Shown piece by piece: positions 8,257 to 17,144 of a stretch of 20,000 bases of DNA. The stretch is from the sequence record DRR378314_606; one strand, 5' to 3'. The notes below the pieces were generated by a model. It was not told the origin of the DNA, searched no databases, and saw only the letters and a list, made by a program, of their open reading frames with translations. Every line of letters begins with the position of its first letter. The stretch's first letter is position 1. The translations under genes were made by a program, and so were the position numbers.

Positions 8257-9420
8257 ATGGCCGAAGTAGAAAAAATAATTGTCAAGTTTCTAAATCAGGA
8301 GGCCAATCGTTCCGAGTTGGAAAGATTGGAAGATTTGCTAAAAACGGCTGAAGGGTTGCAAGTCTTTAATAGTCTAGTTAAAACACAATATTTAAGCACA
8401 CTTTCCATGACAGAATACGATGTTGATAAAGCCAAGGAAGCTATAAGGGCTAGACTGAAAAATGGCAGGCGAACAATGAGGATTAACTTATATAGGAGAA
8501 TGGCGGCTGCTGCTTCAGTTATGTTGATACTGGGCCTAGTCTCTTATATGTGGTACAAGACTGAAAAAACAAGCGAAACTGAAATTGTTAAAAAGCCGCA
8601 AGTTATATTAGCTGGTACAGACAAGGCTATACTAACCCTCGGAAATGGTGATGAGGTAGCCTTGGAAAAAGGTAAAAATTTTCAGACTGGAGAGGTTAGT
8701 AGTAATGGGGAGAAATTGGTCTATGCTGAAAAAAAGCATAATAATGATGTTGAAAAAGAACAGTCATTTAATTATTTGACCATTCCTAGGGGAGGTCAGT
8801 TTTTTGTTAAATTATCAGACGGTACGGAAGTTTGGTTGAATTCAGAAACCAAGTTAAAATATCCCGTGACATTCACCGAAGGTCTAACCCGGAAGGTGGA
8901 ACTGATATATGGTGAGGTCTACTTTAAGGTTTCGCCCAGTACTCAGCACAAAGGCGCAGGGTTCCATGTGCTTACAAAATCGCAGGAAATAAACGTTTTG
9001 GGTACAGAATTTAATATAAGAGCCTATAATAATGACGAGGTAATGGCCACCACCCTAGTGGAAGGCAAAATAAGAATTAAAAAAGGTGAAGTCAGTGAAA
9101 CTTTAAAGCCTAATCAACAAGCTAAAATTAGCCAGGAAAGCAATCAAATAGATATTCAGGAAATAGATGTATCTCAGGAAATTTCATGGGTCAACGGATT
9201 ATTTGCCTTCAACGAAAAACCCTTGGAGGAAATATTGACTGTCTTGTCAAGATGGTACGATACGGAGGTGGTCTTTGAGAATGCGAAACAAAAGAAGTTT
9301 GTTTTTACAGGATTATTGGAAAGGACTAAAGCGGTAGAAGATATTCTTAAGCTTATAGAAGCCACGAGTGAGGGGCAGATAAAATTTGAAATTAAAGATA
9401 AAACAATTATTATTAAATAA
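8257..9420 (+). CDS. fecR: FecR-family anti-sigma factor / transmembrane sensor
   Basis: 387 aa with one TM segment (AAAASVMLILGLVSYMWY), FecR motifs LSDGTEVWLNSETKLKYP, GEVYFKV, VLGTEFNI and TTLVEG, and a C-terminal SWVNGLFAF...LEEIL..LSRWYD domain. Confidence 0.95.
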   Translation: MAEVEKIIVKFLNQEANRSELERLEDLLKTAEGLQVFNSLVKTQYLSTLSMTEYDVDKAKEAIRARLKNGRRTMRINLYRRMAAAASVMLILGLVSYMWYKTEKTSETEIVKKPQVILAGTDKAILTLGNGDEVALEKGKNFQTGEVSSNGEKLVYAEKKHNNDVEKEQSFNYLTIPRGGQFFVKLSDGTEVWLNSETKLKYPVTFTEGLTRKVELIYGEVYFKVSPSTQHKGAGFHVLTKSQEINVLGTEFNIRAYNNDEVMATTLVEGKIRIKKGEVSETLKPNQQAKISQESNQIDIQEIDVSQEISWVNGLFAFNEKPLEEILTVLSRWYDTEVVFENAKQKKFVFTGLLERTKAVEDILKLIEATSEGQIKFEIKDKTIIIK

Positions 9421-9424
9421 AAAA

Positions 9425-9463
9425 GGAAAAGGCCAGCACCTTCCACAGCAACGGCCTTTTTCC
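9425..9463 (+). terminator. Stem-loop between fecR and susC (terminator/attenuator or mRNA-stability hairpin)
   Basis: Inverted repeat GGAAAAGGCC-N18-GGCCTTTTTCC immediately after the fecR stop codon. Confidence 0.6.
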
Positions 9464-9508
9464 AAGTAGATCAATTAAAACAATGTTTAACTAAACCATT
9501 ACAAATTT

Positions 9509-12500
9509 ATGAAAATTAAATTAACCAACCGACCACCTTGCCAATTTGGCAAAGTTCTTTTACGCTTTTTTATGAAATCCATTATTTTTCTATTTTGTTC
9601 GATTTCATTTGCACTAAACCCCGTCAATGGGGTAGGCCAAAATGCAGAGATTATTGTCGATTCAGATGTGACCTTGAACGTTAAACAGGTCTTTCGACTA
9701 ATCAATAAGCAGACCGATTATAAGTTTATCTATCGACATGACTTGCTCAAAACCGCGCCGAATATCCAACTCAAGAAGGGAGTGATTAAAGCAGGGGATT
9801 TATTGGATAAAACACTGTCTCCTTTAAGTTTTACTTACAACTTCACAGATGGCTCCACTATTGTAGTGAAAAAAAGTCCAATGAATTCGTCGGAAAGTAA
9901 TTCGGTTGAGGCATTGGACAAGAAAATGCAATTTCAGGTAATGGGACAAGTAACCGATGAAAATAGTACCCCCTTGCCAGGAGCAAACATTGTAGAAAAA
10001 GGTACTACAAATGGTATTCAAGTAGATTTTGACGGTAATTTTGCAATTTCTGTTGACAACGAAAATGCTGTTTTAGTGGTTTCCTATATTGGTTTTGCAA
10101 CCAAAGAAGTGCCAATCAATGGACAGTCCAATATTAGTATTGTTTTGGAGGAGAGTGCAGCAGGCCTAGACGAAGTTGTGGTTATTGGTTATGGTGCCAC
10201 GATAAAGAAAAAAGATTTAACAGGAGCTGTTGCAAGTGCCGATTTGGCCAAGGCTAGCGAATTTCCCAATGTGTCAATAGTTCAAGCGCTTCAAGGAAGT
10301 GTGGCAGGGTTAAACGTTGGTGCTACTACCACCGCGGGTCAGAACCCCACAATATCCATTAGAGGACAAAGTACTTTATCTAGTGATGCTGGTTCCAATG
10401 CCCCACTTATTGTATTGGACGGAATTATTTATAGAGGTAATTTAGTTGATTTGAACCCCTCGGATATTGCCTCTATAGATGTGTTGAAGGATGCAAGTTC
10501 GGCCGCAATTTACGGTTCACAAGCATCAAATGGTGTGATATTGATCAGCACCAAGAAAGGACAAACTTTGATTAAGCCTACCATTGAATATAGTACCAGT
10601 TATTCCATTCAGTCTCCTTCAAATGTGTTACTGCCAATGAGGGCTGCAGAATTGGAGGAGTTTTATCCTGACATATTTTGGGCAGAGGGTGGAAGATTGG
10701 CACCAGACTACCTTCAAGTAAATCCGGATTATGTATGGCAAAATAACTTTAAAACAAATGAAATATCCCAGGGTTATGCCAATGGGGTGGACACCCCTTG
10801 GTGGGATCTTTTTACAGGGAACGGTTTTGTAAATACGCACAATCTTAGTATAAGGGGTAAAACAGAAGCTATAGGATACTTTGTCTCAGGTGGTATTACC
10901 GATCAACAGGCATATCTGAAAAATGATGACTATACCCGTTATAATTTTAGGGTCAACTTTGATGCTAAAATTACGGACTGGCTTAATATTGGTACTCAAA
11001 CTTTTGTTTCTATTGGTGATTATTCAGGGGTTACAGCGGGTACGGGTACACCATTTTATTTACAACCTTGGGCGCCGATTCGTGACGTAAATGGTGAAAT
11101 TATTCCACAACCTGAAGGCGGGTCATTAAATCCTTATTTAATAATAGAACAGGATGATTCAGAGGTGAACAAGAATTTCTTTAGTAATTTATATGCTGAT
11201 ATTAAATTGCCGTTGAAAGGTCTTTCATATAGGCTTAATTATTCAAATAACTATAGAACACAGAATAATTCCCGGTTTAACCCCTCTGCCAATAATTTTA
11301 CTGGTGGTGCCACCAAAAGCTATGGGGAAGCAAGGGATTGGACCTTGGATAATATTGTAACCTACCAAGGGACATTTAATCAAGATCATAATTTTAATAT
11401 GACTTTGCTTTATGGTGTGGAAAAAAGAAACATCAACTCATTCAGTGCGGAGGCCAAACAATTCGGTATAGATTTTTTGGGATATAATAGATTGCAGGCT
11501 GGTGATCCAAGTCAAAACGTTGTAACCTCAAACAAAGAAGAAGAAAGTAGTTTATATTCCATGGCCCGTCTTTTATATGATTACAAAAACAAATACTATA
11601 TCACGGGAACCGTTAGGCGTGATGGGTTTTCTGGCTTTGGTAAAAATGATAAGACAGCTGTCTTTCCAACCGTGGGTCTGGGATGGGTTGTAAGCAACGA
11701 AAGCATGTTCGAAAATAGTTCTTGGTTGAATTTCCTAAAACTAAGGGCCTCGTATGGCCAATCGGGAAGAAGGGGTCTAGGTCGATATGATACTGCTGCA
11801 ATTATTAGTACTGGACCTAGTTATGTCTTTGGTGACGGTGGGCAAAGTTTTCAAGGGCAATCTATTAGTTCCCTTCCCAACGATGCCTTAGGATGGGAAA
11901 CAACAACCGGAACCAATTTAGGTTTGGATTTTTCGGTTATCAATTCCAAAGTTAGTGGTAATGTTGAATATTATAAAAATGATACTGAAAATATTCTCTA
12001 CGCCATTCAGCTACCTAACTTAACAGGCTTTAATTCAATTAACAGTAATATAGCAAAAGTATCCAATCATGGGTTGGAATTTACCCTTAGTAGCAATTTA
12101 TTGAATAGTAAAGACTGGAATTGGGTAGCGTCAATAAACTTTAGTAGCTATCGAAATAAAATAGACTCTATATTAGGTCCGGAAAATGACAATGATGGTG
12201 ATGGTAAGGAAGATGACTTGGTAGGAAGTGGACTTTTTATTGGAGAACCGCAAAACGTTATTTATGATTACGAAATTACTGGCATGTGGCAATTGGCCGA
12301 TGAAGCCGATGGGTCTATTTATAGTGGGTTTTTTCCGGGAACCTATAAACTTCGTGATCTCGATGATAGTGGTGATATTTCTTCCTTGAATGATAGAAAG
12401 ATATTGGGTTACGTGGATCCTGCCTATCGTTTTGGTGTTAGTAATACCCTTAATTATAAGAATCTCAGTCTATACGTTTTCGTTAATTCCATTCAAGGAG

Positions 12501-12901
12501 GCAGCGATTATTATTTCGGAGACGATGCCCCTCATAGTAATGGAAGTTGGAACAAAAGAGACCAATTATCTTACAGCAATATACCAAGAGGTGCATGGGA
12601 TTATTGGATGCCCGAGAACCCAAATGCAAAATACCGAAGGTTGGATTTGGCATCTCAGTTTGGAGGTACACCATATACCCAAAGGAATTTTGTGCGCTTG
12701 CAAGATGTATCATTATCCTACATTTTTCCAGAGCAACTGAAAGATGCATTGCACGTCAGCAACTTAAAGTTATTTATATCTGGCAAAAACTTGGCAACTT
12801 GGACCAAATGGAACGGTGTGGACCCTGAAACCGGGGCGGGATTTTCTCCTGGTTCTCCACTATTAAGAAGCTATTCCCTAGGACTAAATGTTGAATTTTA
12901 A
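9509..12901 (+). CDS. susC: SusC/RagA-family TonB-dependent transporter with N-terminal STN signalling extension (TonB transducer)
   Basis: 1130 aa. It has an extended signal, an STN-like segment (VKQVFRLINKQTDYKFIY), a CarboxypepD_reg-like domain (PLPGANIVEKGTTNG...DFDGNF), LDEVVVIGYG, plug motifs PLIVLDG and DIASIDVLKDASSAAIYGSQASNGVILISTKKG, LKLRASYG and LGWETT, and ends in Phe (GLNVEF). Confidence 0.97.
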   Translation: MKIKLTNRPPCQFGKVLLRFFMKSIIFLFCSISFALNPVNGVGQNAEIIVDSDVTLNVKQVFRLINKQTDYKFIYRHDLLKTAPNIQLKKGVIKAGDLLDKTLSPLSFTYNFTDGSTIVVKKSPMNSSESNSVEALDKKMQFQVMGQVTDENSTPLPGANIVEKGTTNGIQVDFDGNFAISVDNENAVLVVSYIGFATKEVPINGQSNISIVLEESAAGLDEVVVIGYGATIKKKDLTGAVASADLAKASEFPNVSIVQALQGSVAGLNVGATTTAGQNPTISIRGQSTLSSDAGSNAPLIVLDGIIYRGNLVDLNPSDIASIDVLKDASSAAIYGSQASNGVILISTKKGQTLIKPTIEYSTSYSIQSPSNVLLPMRAAELEEFYPDIFWAEGGRLAPDYLQVNPDYVWQNNFKTNEISQGYANGVDTPWWDLFTGNGFVNTHNLSIRGKTEAIGYFVSGGITDQQAYLKNDDYTRYNFRVNFDAKITDWLNIGTQTFVSIGDYSGVTAGTGTPFYLQPWAPIRDVNGEIIPQPEGGSLNPYLIIEQDDSEVNKNFFSNLYADIKLPLKGLSYRLNYSNNYRTQNNSRFNPSANNFTGGATKSYGEARDWTLDNIVTYQGTFNQDHNFNMTLLYGVEKRNINSFSAEAKQFGIDFLGYNRLQAGDPSQNVVTSNKEEESSLYSMARLLYDYKNKYYITGTVRRDGFSGFGKNDKTAVFPTVGLGWVVSNESMFENSSWLNFLKLRASYGQSGRRGLGRYDTAAIISTGPSYVFGDGGQSFQGQSISSLPNDALGWETTTGTNLGLDFSVINSKVSGNVEYYKNDTENILYAIQLPNLTGFNSINSNIAKVSNHGLEFTLSSNLLNSKDWNWVASINFSSYRNKIDSILGPENDNDGDGKEDDLVGSGLFIGEPQNVIYDYEITGMWQLADEADGSIYSGFFPGTYKLRDLDDSGDISSLNDRKILGYVDPAYRFGVSNTLNYKNLSLYVFVNSIQGGSDYYFGDDAPHSNGSWNKRDQLSYSNIPRGAWDYWMPENPNAKYRRLDLASQFGGTPYTQRNFVRLQDVSLSYIFPEQLKDALHVSNLKLFISGKNLATWTKWNGVDPETGAGFSPGSPLLRSYSLGLNVEF

Positions 12902-12916
12902 TCAAAAAAGAAAAAA

Positions 12917-14554
12917 ATGAAAAATCTCATATATATATTTTCGTTGTTCATGATAATAACTTCATGCAATGAAGACCAGTGGTTAGAGGAGGAAGCTTTT
13001 AGTTTTTATACTCCAGACAATTCCTTTACTACCCCCGAACAGTTGGATATAGCCGTAGTCCAACTATACAGAAATGTAAGTAATATGTTATATGGTAGTG
13101 GTGCCAACGGAGATGCATTTACATTTCAATACACCACGGATGTAGGGTATGATGCTATTGCCCCAAACCATGAACTTAATTCATGGGGAGATCAGATACG
13201 CCCAGAAAAAAGACAAATCGGAAGGTTTTGGAACGATTTATATCAACAGATTTATGATGCAAACGTCATATTGAACAGAATAGATAATATTGAATTTATG
13301 TCCGAGGATCAACGAAATATTAAAAAAGGAGAGGCTAAATTTTTTAGGGCATTTGCCTATAGGGGATTAGTAACTATGTATGGTGGTGTTCCTTTAGTTT
13401 TAGAGGAAACCGATTCGCCAAAAAGAGATTTCGTAAGAGCTTCGGCAGCAGAGGTCTGGGCTCAAATCATTGAAGATCTTACCGATGCCGCCCAATTTTT
13501 ACCAGGAGCAGACGAAGTGGAACAGGATGGACGAATAGCTAAAGGAGCAGCCTTTCACTTGTTGTCAGAAGCATATATTGTAATAAAGGACTATCCGAAA
13601 GCGATAACCGCAGCGTCTGAAGTAATAGACAATTTAGGTTATTCTCTAATGAAAGACCGCTTTGGAACTAGAAGTGATGAGCCAGGTGATGTGTATTGGG
13701 ACCTTTTTAGAAGGGGCAATCAGAATAGGGGATCTGGTAATACCGAATCAATTTATGTGTCACAATATGAATATCTTGTAGCTGGAGGTGAAATTGAAGA
13801 CAACCTTGCAAGGTTCCTGGTACCCCTATACTGGCAATTAAAGGGTAACAGTGATGGCTTAAACCTTTTTGTTGGACCAACGCAGAAGTATGGTGGACGT
13901 GGTATAGGCTGGTGGGCCGCATCCGATTATATGCTTAATCAAGTTTGGCATGACTCAGGAAATGATATGAGAAATTCTGAGTACAATATAATACGTGATA
14001 TTGTCTCGGACAATCCGGAATCTGCTTATTATGGACAAAAGATTATCGAAAGTGGCTCTATTACGGAGTTTAGTGATCCATTAAAACGTTGGTGGAGCGC
14101 TATTTTTGCTAAAAGTACCCCAATTAATAACTTTCCAGCCGAGGTGGGGGATAATCAAGCCAATAGCTCTTATCGTGATCGTTATGTAATGCGATTGGCA
14201 GAAACATTCTTATTAAGGGCGGAAGCACATTACCTGAATGGTAATTTGGATGCTGCTGCCGACGACATTAACGAAATTCGAGAACGTTCAATGGCAAGTC
14301 CAATTACTTCAAGTGATGTTACTATGGAGTTTATTTTGGACGAAAGGGCTAGGGAGCTTTTTGTAGAAGAAAACAGATTGATGACCTTAATGAGAACAGG
14401 AACTCTAGTAGAACGTGTGCGGGCATTTAATCCCATGCATAACGGGACTTTGGGAACGAATCAGATTTTTGACTATCAGAATCTATGGCCTATCCCGAAT
14501 AGTGAAATTGAAAGGAATACAGAAGCCAAATTGGATCAAAATCCCGGATATTAG
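12917..14554 (+). CDS. susD: SusD/RagB-family surface glycan-binding lipoprotein
   Basis: 545 aa with lipobox IITSC and motifs GEAKFFRAFAY..LV..YGGVPL, MRLAETFLLRAEA, ILDERARELFVEENR and LWPIP..EIERN...QNPGY. It starts 15 bp after susC. Confidence 0.97.
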   Translation: MKNLIYIFSLFMIITSCNEDQWLEEEAFSFYTPDNSFTTPEQLDIAVVQLYRNVSNMLYGSGANGDAFTFQYTTDVGYDAIAPNHELNSWGDQIRPEKRQIGRFWNDLYQQIYDANVILNRIDNIEFMSEDQRNIKKGEAKFFRAFAYRGLVTMYGGVPLVLEETDSPKRDFVRASAAEVWAQIIEDLTDAAQFLPGADEVEQDGRIAKGAAFHLLSEAYIVIKDYPKAITAASEVIDNLGYSLMKDRFGTRSDEPGDVYWDLFRRGNQNRGSGNTESIYVSQYEYLVAGGEIEDNLARFLVPLYWQLKGNSDGLNLFVGPTQKYGGRGIGWWAASDYMLNQVWHDSGNDMRNSEYNIIRDIVSDNPESAYYGQKIIESGSITEFSDPLKRWWSAIFAKSTPINNFPAEVGDNQANSSYRDRYVMRLAETFLLRAEAHYLNGNLDAAADDINEIRERSMASPITSSDVTMEFILDERARELFVEENRLMTLMRTGTLVERVRAFNPMHNGTLGTNQIFDYQNLWPIPNSEIERNTEAKLDQNPGY

Positions 14555-14631
14555 AACCTAATATGGAATGGTTAGTTTTATATGGAAGAGATAATTGGTT
14601 AATATTTTACCATTTAATTAAAAGTATAGTT

Positions 14632-14642
14632 TTGAGTTAGTT
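14632..14642 (+). repeat. Intergenic motif TTGAGTTAGTT, copy 2
   Basis: This exact 11-mer also occurs at 19974..19984. It lies 7 nt before the GGACTGG hairpin. Confidence 0.65.
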
Positions 14643-14649
14643 GGAAAAT

Positions 14650-14678
14650 GGACTGGATTTGATACCAGTCCTTTTTTT
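14650..14678 (+). terminator. Intrinsic terminator-like hairpin downstream of susD
   Basis: Perfect 7-bp stem GGACTGG-atttgata-CCAGTCC followed by T7. Confidence 0.8.
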
Positions 14679-14697
14679 AAATAAATATAAGTATACA

Positions 14698-17118
14698 ATG
14701 AATTTTAGTAAAAAAAAATTACTCATTTTTTTATTGATCGGCCTTAGTAAGTTATTTTCCCAATCACCACGAACGTTACCTGATTCATATAATATTGTTT
14801 GGCACGAACAAAGTAAAAATAGTTCAGAATCAATGCCATTGGGTGGTGGCGATATTGGATGTAACGTATGGGTAGAAAACGGTGAGGTTCTACTTTATGT
14901 TCAGCGCAGTGGCAGTTTGAGTGAAAACGGAGAGTTTTTAAAAATGGGCCGCTTCCGCATAAACTTGAATCCAAATCCATTTGATGGAGAAAATAGCTTC
15001 AAGCAAGAATTAAAATTAATCGACGGATTTATTGAGGTTGAATCAGAGAAAAAGGTTGGTCCAAATAGTTTAAATGCCAAAATTAAATTATGGGTCGATG
15101 TATATCGACCAATAGTACACATAGATGTAGAATCAAATCAAAAAATAAATGCCACTGTTGAATATGAAAGTTGGCGGACAGAAGATAAAGAATTGACATT
15201 CGGAAAGGAACGCTTCGGGGCATTTGGCCTTGAAGGATATCCCGGAAAAGTTATCAGGACCAAAGACATTTTTGAACAAACAACCGATGGAATTTTATTT
15301 TATCACCGCAACCCGGACCAAAAACCTGTGCCTGAGGCATTTGTAAAACTTCAGGGGTTGGAGGCATATGCTGATGAAATAAAAGATGACCTAAAAAATC
15401 GAACATTTGGAGGATTGTTATTTGGCGAGGGCTTTATTGCAAATGGAACCAAGATTGGAATGTATCAGAATACTCCCTTTAAATCATGGGGATTAAAAAG
15501 TAACACCGCAAAAAGGAAACATAAAATTAGTATTGCAACACACATTGCACAAGCTGAAACAGTTTCCGAATGGAAAGCCAAGCTTTTAAATACGGTTGAA
15601 TCTTCTAAAGCTGACCATCAGAAATCAATTGAGAATTCCGTATTGTGGTGGAACGATTTCTGGAACCGAAGTTATATTGTGATCCAACCTGGAAATTCGA
15701 ATCCTAACGATTCCATTTGGCAAATTGGGCGCAACTATCAATTGTTCCGTTACCAGTTGGGGGGAAATGCTTTTGGCGAATACCCTACAAAATTTAACGG
15801 TGGTAATCTAACTTTTGATTCTGGTCTGGTAGATGAAGAAAAAGCGCACGGCCCAGATTGGCGTCAATGGGGCGGATCCGTGTTTACGGCACAAAACCAG
15901 AGATTGCTTTATTGGCCAATGCTAAAATCGGGTGATTTCGATGCCATATTGCCTCAGTTTGAACTTTACCTAAAAGGACTGCCAGGTGCAACTGCACGTG
16001 TAAAAGAACATTTTGGCCATGATGGGGCAGTTTATTGTGAATATACGAGTGTTCCAGGAATAGCCTTTGGTGATGGCTGGGGATGGCAGAATGATAAGAA
16101 TTATAGAATACGTGGGGAGGAAACTCCCTTTGGCGATCCTCGGGCAAATGGGGCTAAAGCATATAATGATCTGGTAGAAAAAGGGGTAATGGCAAATGGA
16201 TCGATAGCCTATCATTGGGAGTCGCAGATTGAACATGCCTATATGATCCTGGAGTATCACCGATTTACCGGAGCAGATATAACAAGGTATATGCCTTTCA
16301 TTGAAAAGGCTCTAATTTTTTTCGATGAACACTACCGGGCACGACAAAAAATGCGTAATGCTAAAGAATTGGATGAAAACGGAAAACTTGTAATTTTCCC
16401 TTCTACTTCTTGCGAATCGTATAGAGGAGCAAAAAACCCTGTTGACGTACTTTCGGGTCTTAATGCATGCTTGACCACCATGCTGACCTTAAGCGAAAAA
16501 TTACTCCCTTCGAAAAGAAAAGAATACTATCGGGAATATTTAAACCGCATTCCCAATTATGCATTTGAAGAGGTCAATGGGCTACGAACAATTAAGCCAG
16601 CAGAAAGCTGGATCGAAGAGTCCAATCAAGAGCTGCCACAATTCTACCCGCTGTTTCCTTTTAATCAGTTTAAAATTGGTGATACGGAGATTGAATCATT
16701 CAAAAATTCTTATGATTTAGCTCCTGCGTTCCGAAAGGGAACTATTATGAGCTGGCATCAGGACGGTATTCAATTTGCTAGGATGGGAATGACGGACGCT
16801 GCGGCAGATTATAATTCAAAGAAATTGAAAAATTCAGAACGTCGATATCCCACATTCTGGGGCCCTGGACATGACTGGGTTCCCGATCATAACTGGGGAG
16901 GTTCTGGTATGATCGGACTACAAGAAATGTTGATGCAATGTTTTGGAAACCAAATACTGTTGTTTCCGGCGTGGCCAAAAACCTGGGATGTGAATTTTAA
17001 GTTGCATGCACCCAAAAATACTATTGTTGAAGGAATATTCAAAGACGGTAAAATCGAGGAACTAAAAGTGTTTCCTGAAAGTAGACGGGCCGACGTACGT
17101 ATAGTTAATCATAAATAG
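14698..17118 (+). CDS. DUF5703-like secreted protein, putative GH95-related (alpha/alpha)6-barrel glycoside hydrolase
   Basis: 806 aa from the ATG at 14698, with signal peptide MNFSKKKLLIFLLIGLSKLFS. SMPLGGGDIGCNVW, YQLFRY, QNQRLLYW and PDHNWGGSGMIGLQEMLMQ..ILLFPAWP parallel GH95 motifs in the neighbouring gene. The TTG start at 14641 overlaps the terminator hairpin and is unlikely. Confidence 0.75.
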   Translation: MNFSKKKLLIFLLIGLSKLFSQSPRTLPDSYNIVWHEQSKNSSESMPLGGGDIGCNVWVENGEVLLYVQRSGSLSENGEFLKMGRFRINLNPNPFDGENSFKQELKLIDGFIEVESEKKVGPNSLNAKIKLWVDVYRPIVHIDVESNQKINATVEYESWRTEDKELTFGKERFGAFGLEGYPGKVIRTKDIFEQTTDGILFYHRNPDQKPVPEAFVKLQGLEAYADEIKDDLKNRTFGGLLFGEGFIANGTKIGMYQNTPFKSWGLKSNTAKRKHKISIATHIAQAETVSEWKAKLLNTVESSKADHQKSIENSVLWWNDFWNRSYIVIQPGNSNPNDSIWQIGRNYQLFRYQLGGNAFGEYPTKFNGGNLTFDSGLVDEEKAHGPDWRQWGGSVFTAQNQRLLYWPMLKSGDFDAILPQFELYLKGLPGATARVKEHFGHDGAVYCEYTSVPGIAFGDGWGWQNDKNYRIRGEETPFGDPRANGAKAYNDLVEKGVMANGSIAYHWESQIEHAYMILEYHRFTGADITRYMPFIEKALIFFDEHYRARQKMRNAKELDENGKLVIFPSTSCESYRGAKNPVDVLSGLNACLTTMLTLSEKLLPSKRKEYYREYLNRIPNYAFEEVNGLRTIKPAESWIEESNQELPQFYPLFPFNQFKIGDTEIESFKNSYDLAPAFRKGTIMSWHQDGIQFARMGMTDAAADYNSKKLKNSERRYPTFWGPGHDWVPDHNWGGSGMIGLQEMLMQCFGNQILLFPAWPKTWDVNFKLHAPKNTIVEGIFKDGKIEELKVFPESRRADVRIVNHK

Positions 17119-17144
17119 GAAAGTAAAATAGGTAAATAGATATT

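Noticed and set aside
9489-14577. Inverted repeats flanking susCD read as a DNA inversion (shufflon) cassette
   Set aside because: The repeats are only 11-12 bp and imperfect, and there is no recombinase or silent alternative susC/susD cassette in the window. An RNA-level explanation or chance is more plausible.
14641-14697. TTG start extending the DUF5703-like gene
   Set aside because: It runs through the terminator hairpin, whereas the ATG at 14698 begins a normal signal peptide.
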